Shown in pieces: positions 59,417 through 64,000 of a DNA stretch of 64,000 bases (position 1 is its first letter; every line of letters begins with the position of its first letter). The notes under the pieces are model-generated. The model worked only from the letters and a program-made list of their open reading frames with translations, was not told the DNA's origin and did no database searches. Source of the DNA: Candidatus Latescibacterota bacterium (lineage in GTDB: Bacteria > Latescibacterota > UBA2968 > UBA8231); assembly GCA_965248265.1 (NCBI GenBank), contig CBDFJF010000001.1, positions 864,001 through 928,000 on the forward strand. Reading direction: 5' to 3'. The translations under genes were made by a program, and so were the position numbers.

Positions 59417-60175
59417 TTATCCGACAAGGGCGTTGCGGAGGGAATCGATCTCGGCCTGGCTCAGACCGATATGCAGCGCATAGCCCTCGACGCCGCAGTG
59501 GCGCTCATCCAGGTCCCGGAGCACGCCGAGCATCACGTCGGGATGGCAGGTGTCCCGCTGGAAGTCCTGCCAGGTGTAGCTGGCAGCATCGATCTCCGGA
59601 TGGGCCTCGAGGTAGCGGGGCAGGTTGAAACGAGCTGTGAGGGCGTAATCCTGGGCGATGGTCTCTGTCGGTACCCCGGCGATCCCGAGAGCGAGAGCGG
59701 TGATGAGACCTGTCCTGTCGGCACCGCCCGCGCAGTGGATGAGCGCGGGAAGCGCGTCCGGGGCAGCCAGCGTGCACAGTGTGTCGCGCACTTCAGACAT
59801 TCGCTTGTCGAGCACGACCGAGTATCCCCAGCGCTTCCTTTCGACTTCCTCGAGCCCCCGGGGAAGGTTCTGCCGTTCGCGCATCGGCATATCGCCGGCC
59901 ATGTTTTGATGGTAGTAGGTCACCTTGTCCGAACCGAAGAAGACATTGCGTTCGTCCTGTATCTCCACACTCCTTCTCAGGTCGATGATTGTCCGGACGC
60001 CGTAATCCAGGAGATCCTGCTGGCCTTTGGCCGACAGTCGATGCAGGGAATCGGAGCGCAGGAATTGGCCCCAGCGCGTCTGTCGCCCGTCCCGGGTGGC
60101 GTATCCACCGATGTCGCGCGTGTTGAAGGTATCTTCGAGCCGCAGATGCCGTCTCGGGTCCAGTTCGGCAGTCAT
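59417..60175 (-). CDS. Tyrosine/lipid phosphatase family protein (Y_phosphatase3)
   Basis: NTRDIGGY, IIDLR, HCAGGADRTG P-loop, DYALT. Confidence 0.9.
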   Translation of the reverse strand: MTAELDPRRHLRLEDTFNTRDIGGYATRDGRQTRWGQFLRSDSLHRLSAKGQQDLLDYGVRTIIDLRRSVEIQDERNVFFGSDKVTYYHQNMAGDMPMRERQNLPRGLEEVERKRWGYSVVLDKRMSEVRDTLCTLAAPDALPALIHCAGGADRTGLITALALGIAGVPTETIAQDYALTARFNLPRYLEAHPEIDAASYTWQDFQRDTCHPDVMLGVLRDLDERHCGVEGYALHIGLSQAEIDSLRNALVG

Positions 60176-60640
60176 ATCAACTTCACGGGTTGTCACTCCT
60201 GGACCGACCTTGTGGATCAACCAAGATCCGACCTGGACGCGAGATTGCGAGTCTTTTCCGTAGGCAGGATTTGCGTCGCCTGAGATTTCGACCTACGGGA
60301 TTCCCCACTCCACAGCACATGCCAGTGATCCTTAACGACTCGAGGGCAGATACGTCCAAATGATACACCATTTGCGCCCTGAGCACCCGCGGGTTTCAGG
60401 CACTAGAGCAGATTGGTCTTGTCGATCGAGCCCTATCCTAGGAAATGCCGCCGAAAACTGGCGGCACTTTGAGACCACGAACACTGGTAGCCGTTTATCC
60501 TACTTGTTCCAGCCGTAGATTTTCGCCAACGCTTGCCGCGCTCACAACCACCGTCTCTCCGCTTTGACGGAGGCCGCCAGCGTTCACGGTCCAAGCCAGC
60601 CTCGACCTCGTCTTCCACCATTCCTCCTATGCCCAACTCG

Positions 60641-61021
60641 CTAATCCTCGGCGTGCAGATGGAAGACCTTGTTCATGATCTTCCACTCCCCGTCGACTTT
60701 GAGCAGCGTGAACAGGTCGGTGTACCGGTGACTGGTCCAGTTATCGAGTTCAAGTCGCATGGTGGCGACTGTGCCAATGACGTCGATGCTGGCGATCCGT
60801 GCTTGGAGCCCGGTCGCTGGACCGTTGTTGTCATTCCACGCAAAGAGTTGCTGGATGGGGCCGGCGAACAGGTCAGTGCCGGCATAGCCGAAGATCGTCG
60901 CACCCTCGTGGAAGGCAAGTTTCATGTCGTCGCCTCTGCCGGTCTTGGCGCCATCGATATAGTGCTGAACGACCTTGGCGATCGCGTCATGCTCGGTCAC
61001 ATTGCTCACTTCAGTACTCAT
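60641..61021 (-). CDS. Lumazine_bd_2 / NTF2-like protein
   Basis: VQHYIDG..GDDMKLAFH..A, YTDLFTLLKVDGEWKIMNKVFH. AAGGAG RBS. Confidence 0.85.
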   Translation of the reverse strand: MSTEVSNVTEHDAIAKVVQHYIDGAKTGRGDDMKLAFHEGATIFGYAGTDLFAGPIQQLFAWNDNNGPATGLQARIASIDVIGTVATMRLELDNWTSHRYTDLFTLLKVDGEWKIMNKVFHLHAED

Positions 61022-61063
61022 GGGTCTCTCTCCTTACTTGGATATGTATGATCTCATGTCCTT

Positions 61064-61086
61064 GGTCGTTATATACGACCGGTCGT
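61064..61086. promoter_or_regulatory. Palindromic operator (TetR/NemR-like) upstream of the NTF2-like gene
   Basis: Perfect palindrome ACGACCGGTCGT (61075-61086) plus an extra GGTCGT half-site at 61064. Confidence 0.5.
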
Positions 61087-61238
61087 CTTAAATTCAGTCA
61101 AGAAAACACTCAGGCACGGACGAGCCCTCCACGACGGAAGGGGTCAGGCTTGCCAGGAAGGATGCCCTGTGTGGCTTGATCACGTCGTCAGCTCAATGTG
61201 GATGCACGAGCGGGACGCGCGGCTTATTTCAACTTTTC

Positions 61239-61535
61239 TCATACGGCTGCTCCAGGCGTTGATTCGTCCGCATCTCCAATGAGCTCGCGTAGAAAGGACG
61301 AACAGGACGATAGAATGACCCCATGTTTAACCAGATCCCGGAGAAGGTCGAGCCCTTGCTCGCTTGCGAATCCCACGGCTACCGCATCCAGGATGATTGG
61401 TCCATTCTCTTCGAGTTCCCCTTGATAGGCTCGGCACATCTCATCCAGTAGGTCTACCCACGGCCCCACCAACCGTCCTTCCAGTTTGAGGACAACCCGT
61501 CCGTCATGGCGGTTCGTCCGAGTAATTCGCAGCAT
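61239..61535 (-). CDS. STAS-like (anti-anti-sigma-type) small protein
   Basis: MLRIT..VVLKLEGRLVGPWV..ILD..VGFASEQGLDLL..CSSFLRELI. Confidence 0.75.
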   Translation of the reverse strand: MLRITRTNRHDGRVVLKLEGRLVGPWVDLLDEMCRAYQGELEENGPIILDAVAVGFASEQGLDLLRDLVKHGVILSSCSSFLRELIGDADESTPGAAV

Positions 61536-61560
61536 ACTCTGCGCTCCTTCGTCTGCTTCT

Positions 61561-61896
61561 CTATCGGGTCTTACGAGATTCACACGCCTGGCATGATTCC
61601 TCGGTAGCGCTTGTAGCAGGCCACGCATGCGAAACCTCACCCTGCCTAGAGCGGGGTTCTAGTCGCCGCTCACACACAGCTGACATGGTCGAAACCACAT
61701 AGGGAACGATCACTGTCAGGCCAATTGAAAGCAGTCGACCGCCGCCTAGATCCCCCTGCAGAATCGCGTCTCCGTGATTAATGGCTACGAGGATCGCACC
61801 TACGACAATTGCATATTTGAGCGCGCGCCGTGCGACCGATGGCTCGAGGTAAATGCGAACCCATTTCACTAGCCGCTGCCTCCGCTGAAGGATCAC
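61561..61896 (-). CDS. nrtS: NrtS family small membrane protein
   Basis: RRALKYAIVVGAILVAINHGDAIL..IGLTVIVPYVVSTMSAV matches the NrtS family signature. Confidence 0.75.
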   Translation of the reverse strand: MILQRRQRLVKWVRIYLEPSVARRALKYAIVVGAILVAINHGDAILQGDLGGGRLLSIGLTVIVPYVVSTMSAVCERRLEPRSRQGEVSHAWPATSATEESCQACESRKTR

Positions 61897-61903
61897 GTTT
61901 CTC

Positions 61904-62134
61904 TCATAGCTTGTCTGAGTAACTCGACAGCACCATATATCGATCGCCAGACCACGGCCCTCCTTGACGAACCACGAGCAAGTGATCCCCTTCGTGGCCG
62001 CCTCGGATCTCCTCCACCTCTCCGATTATCCAATCCCGCTTGCTGGTAAACCGGACCGTGTCGCCCGGTTCGAATCGCGTATTCGCAAGCCGCCGTGTGA
62101 CGCTGTCTGGTTGAACCGCTGGTAATCTTCGCAT
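61904..62134 (-). CDS. Small SH3/KOW-like beta-barrel hypothetical protein
   Basis: FEPGDTVRF...GEVEEI...LLVV. AGGAGAGG RBS. First gene after the sigma-54 motif. Confidence 0.55.
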   Translation of the reverse strand: MRRLPAVQPDSVTRRLANTRFEPGDTVRFTSKRDWIIGEVEEIRGGHEGDHLLVVRQGGPWSGDRYMVLSSYSDKL

Positions 62135-62170
62135 TGCAGTCCTCTCCTGTGTTTCGGTGTGACGCCTCGT

Positions 62171-62186
62171 TGCAACATCCATACCA
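62171..62186 (-). promoter_or_regulatory. Sigma-54 promoter (leftward)
   Basis: Minus-strand TGGTAT-GGATG-TTGCA (GG-N10-GC). Confidence 0.6.
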
Positions 62187-62277
62187 CCATACCGCGAGTG
62201 TCCTTAAGTCGTTTTGATTCCAGCAACTTGACAGCTGCCTGACAAGATTCGCTGCGCGCGCAACTCGCTGGCTAGGC

Positions 62278-62311
62278 CCCGAGATTTCGGGAATGTCCGG
62301 AAATATCGGGA
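62278..62311. promoter_or_regulatory. Tandem palindromes, candidate enhancer (UAS) for a sigma-54 activator
   Basis: CCCGA-gatt-TCGGG followed by CCGGA-aata-TCGGG, about 100 bp from each sigma-54 motif. Confidence 0.5.
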
Positions 62312-62411
62312 GCGACACCTGAGCACCGTGGCCCAATAATTTCGATGCGGCGTGCGTAAACGATTGAAAGGAAGCCACTTAAGACCTACCCGGGGGAGCT
62401 TTTTGCACCGG

Positions 62412-62426
62412 TGGCACAGAAGTTGT
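62412..62426 (+). promoter_or_regulatory. Sigma-54-like promoter (rightward)
   Basis: TGGCAC-AGAAG-TTGT: perfect -24 box, -12 box GT instead of GC. Confidence 0.45.
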
Positions 62427-62450
62427 ATCACCAGCATCAAGGAGTTCAAC

Positions 62451-64000
62451 ATGGCGACAGGCAACGACAGATCGGAATTCGACATGGGCAACATCAACAC
62501 ACAAGAAACCACCGTAGCGCCGGAATGCCTTCTGAGGACGCCTGCTCTCGTCGGAATATTGGGCGTGCTCGTGGGAGCCGCGGTCGGCCTGTATGCCTAT
62601 TACGGCAGCCGAGCCGCCCTCGTGGATGTCGTCAGCGAGAGCAATCTGAATCTGGCTCGAAGCATCGCCGTGCACGCCGATGCTCTCAACGCCTCGATGT
62701 CAAGACGGGACGTGTTGCGCACGCTGGAAGAGCGGTGGGAGGCAACCGAATCACGATACGCTGGACGTCACCTGTGTGTCATCGACTCGGATGGCACGCT
62801 AGTGCTGGACAGCTCACATCCCGATAACGTCGGCATGGCTGCCGGCGCCGAGCGATTAGTGCACGACGTGAGCGGTGGACCCGAGACGATACAGCAGCTC
62901 ATCGACAGGGGGCGAGATTGGTCGGGTCTGTACAGCACTGATAGCGCTGAAAGAGTCGGTGCTTTCGCCATGAGCTCACGCTCAGGCATGTTGGTAAACA
63001 TCTTCACTCCCGGTGTCGAAATCGATCGCGATGTGCAATCGACGGCGTTGCCATGGGCTCTGGGAGTGGGATTCATGACGCTCGTCGTGCTCCCGATTGT
63101 ACTGTGGCTACCCTATCGGGCGTATGTGCGGTCGCACCGAAACCTCGAGGGCAGAACCGAACAGCTGCGCAGAGAGAATGCCGAACGCAGGCGTCTCGCC
63201 GCATTCCCGAGGGAGAATCCCAACCCGATCATGGAGTGCGATGCCGAAGGAGAGGTCATCTACCACAACCCGACCGCCATGGAGTTGATCGGACAACACG
63301 CCACCGGCCTCACCTCGGCTTTGATCCCGGAGAATCACGCAGCCCTGGTGCAGCGCTGTCTGGCCCAGGGCGAACGAATCGATCCAGTGGAGGTCGTGGC
63401 TGACGGCCGCACGTTCTGCTGGATATATCACCCGATAGCCGTCACCGATACCGTCCACCTCTACGGGCTCGACATAACCGAGCGCAAAGCGGCGGAGGAC
63501 CAGATCAAGAGGTCGCTCAAGGAGAAGGAAATCCTGCTGCAGGAGGTGTATCACCGGGTCAAGAACAACCTGCAAATCGTCTCGAGCCTGCTCCGGCAGC
63601 AGGCGGCAGCGACGGAAGACGAGAAAGCGCGGACCGTTCTCGAGGACAGCCGAAACCGGATTCACTCGATGGCGCTGGTTCACCAGCAGCTGTATCAGTC
63701 AGACAGTCTGGCCCGAGTTGATATGGGCAGATACACCCGGAACTTGGCCAGCTTTCTACTGCCTCAAGGATCCGGTCCAAACGAAATCCGACTGGATCTG
63801 GATGTGGACTCGATCCAGGTCGACCTGGCCACCGCGATTCCGGCGGGGCTCATACTCAACGAACTGCTAGCCAACGCAATGAAGTACGCCTACCCCGAAT
63901 CGTCCAAAGGTGACATCGCTGTCGCCATTCGAGAAGTGACGCCGGGCACCCTCAGCCTGACAGTACGGGACAAAGGCGTCGGTATTCCCGCGCACGTCGA
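62451..64000 (+). CDS. Membrane sensor histidine kinase (2 TM, extracellular sensor domain, PAS, HisKA_2), runs off the window
   Basis: Missing from the ORF track. Hand translation from AAGGAG-ATG 62451: FPRENPNPIMECD, LLQEVYHRVKNNLQIVSSLL, RIHSMALVH, GLILNELLANAMKYAY, DKGVG. Confidence 0.88.
   Translation, partial: MATGNDRSEFDMGNINTQETTVAPECLLRTPALVGILGVLVGAAVGLYAYYGSRAALVDVVSESNLNLARSIAVHADALNASMSRRDVLRTLEERWEATESRYAGRHLCVIDSDGTLVLDSSHPDNVGMAAGAERLVHDVSGGPETIQQLIDRGRDWSGLYSTDSAERVGAFAMSSRSGMLVNIFTPGVEIDRDVQSTALPWALGVGFMTLVVLPIVLWLPYRAYVRSHRNLEGRTEQLRRENAERRRLAAFPRENPNPIMECDAEGEVIYHNPTAMELIGQHATGLTSALIPENHAALVQRCLAQGERIDPVEVVADGRTFCWIYHPIAVTDTVHLYGLDITERKAAEDQIKRSLKEKEILLQEVYHRVKNNLQIVSSLLRQQAAATEDEKARTVLEDSRNRIHSMALVHQQLYQSDSLARVDMGRYTRNLASFLLPQGSGPNEIRLDLDVDSIQVDLATAIPAGLILNELLANAMKYAYPESSKGDIAVAIREVTPGTLSLTVRDKGVGIPAHV

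Noticed and set aside
49878-60580. Shared CTGGCGGCCTCCGTC 15-mer (49891, 60566 reverse) and GCCGCC..GGCGGC hairpins (49878, 60446) as a REP-like family
   Set aside because: Several 15-nt GC-rich matches are expected by chance in 64 kb, and there are too few copies.
1-64000. CRISPR arrays, tRNA, rRNA, transposases, phage genes, known defence systems
   Set aside because: No regularly spaced repeats, cloverleaves or recognisable motifs were seen by eye.

Overview
GC-rich bacterial window with no rRNA, tRNA or CRISPR features. By inference it comes from a Latescibacterota/Poribacteria-like environmental genome: it has a DUF6785/6784-type membrane protein, GH32-like propellers, Gfo/Idh/MocA paralogs and a FlgD-Ig 'VAY*' C-terminus. 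The window is a patchwork of intact catabolic genes (GH29 fucosidase, unknown glycosidase-like proteins, amidohydrolases, tandem CoA-transferase III, phosphatases, a clear phosphite dehydrogenase PtxD without ptxABC) separated by many truncated gene pieces. These pieces include a resolvase fragment, a group II intron 3' end and one attC-bounded gene cassette. The most notable content is signalling: five histidine kinases and no response regulator. A sigma-54-type promoter precedes a pair of split-barrel (PNPOx-like) proteins, a GAF kinase and a kinase-less GAF/coiled-coil/NrtS/PAS protein. A cNMP-binding protein and a tandem-PAS kinase lie divergent from that group. A second, divergent sigma-54 locus carries a stand-alone NrtS, a STAS-like protein and a HisKA_2 kinase. 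All family calls are by motif recognition only; no searches were run.
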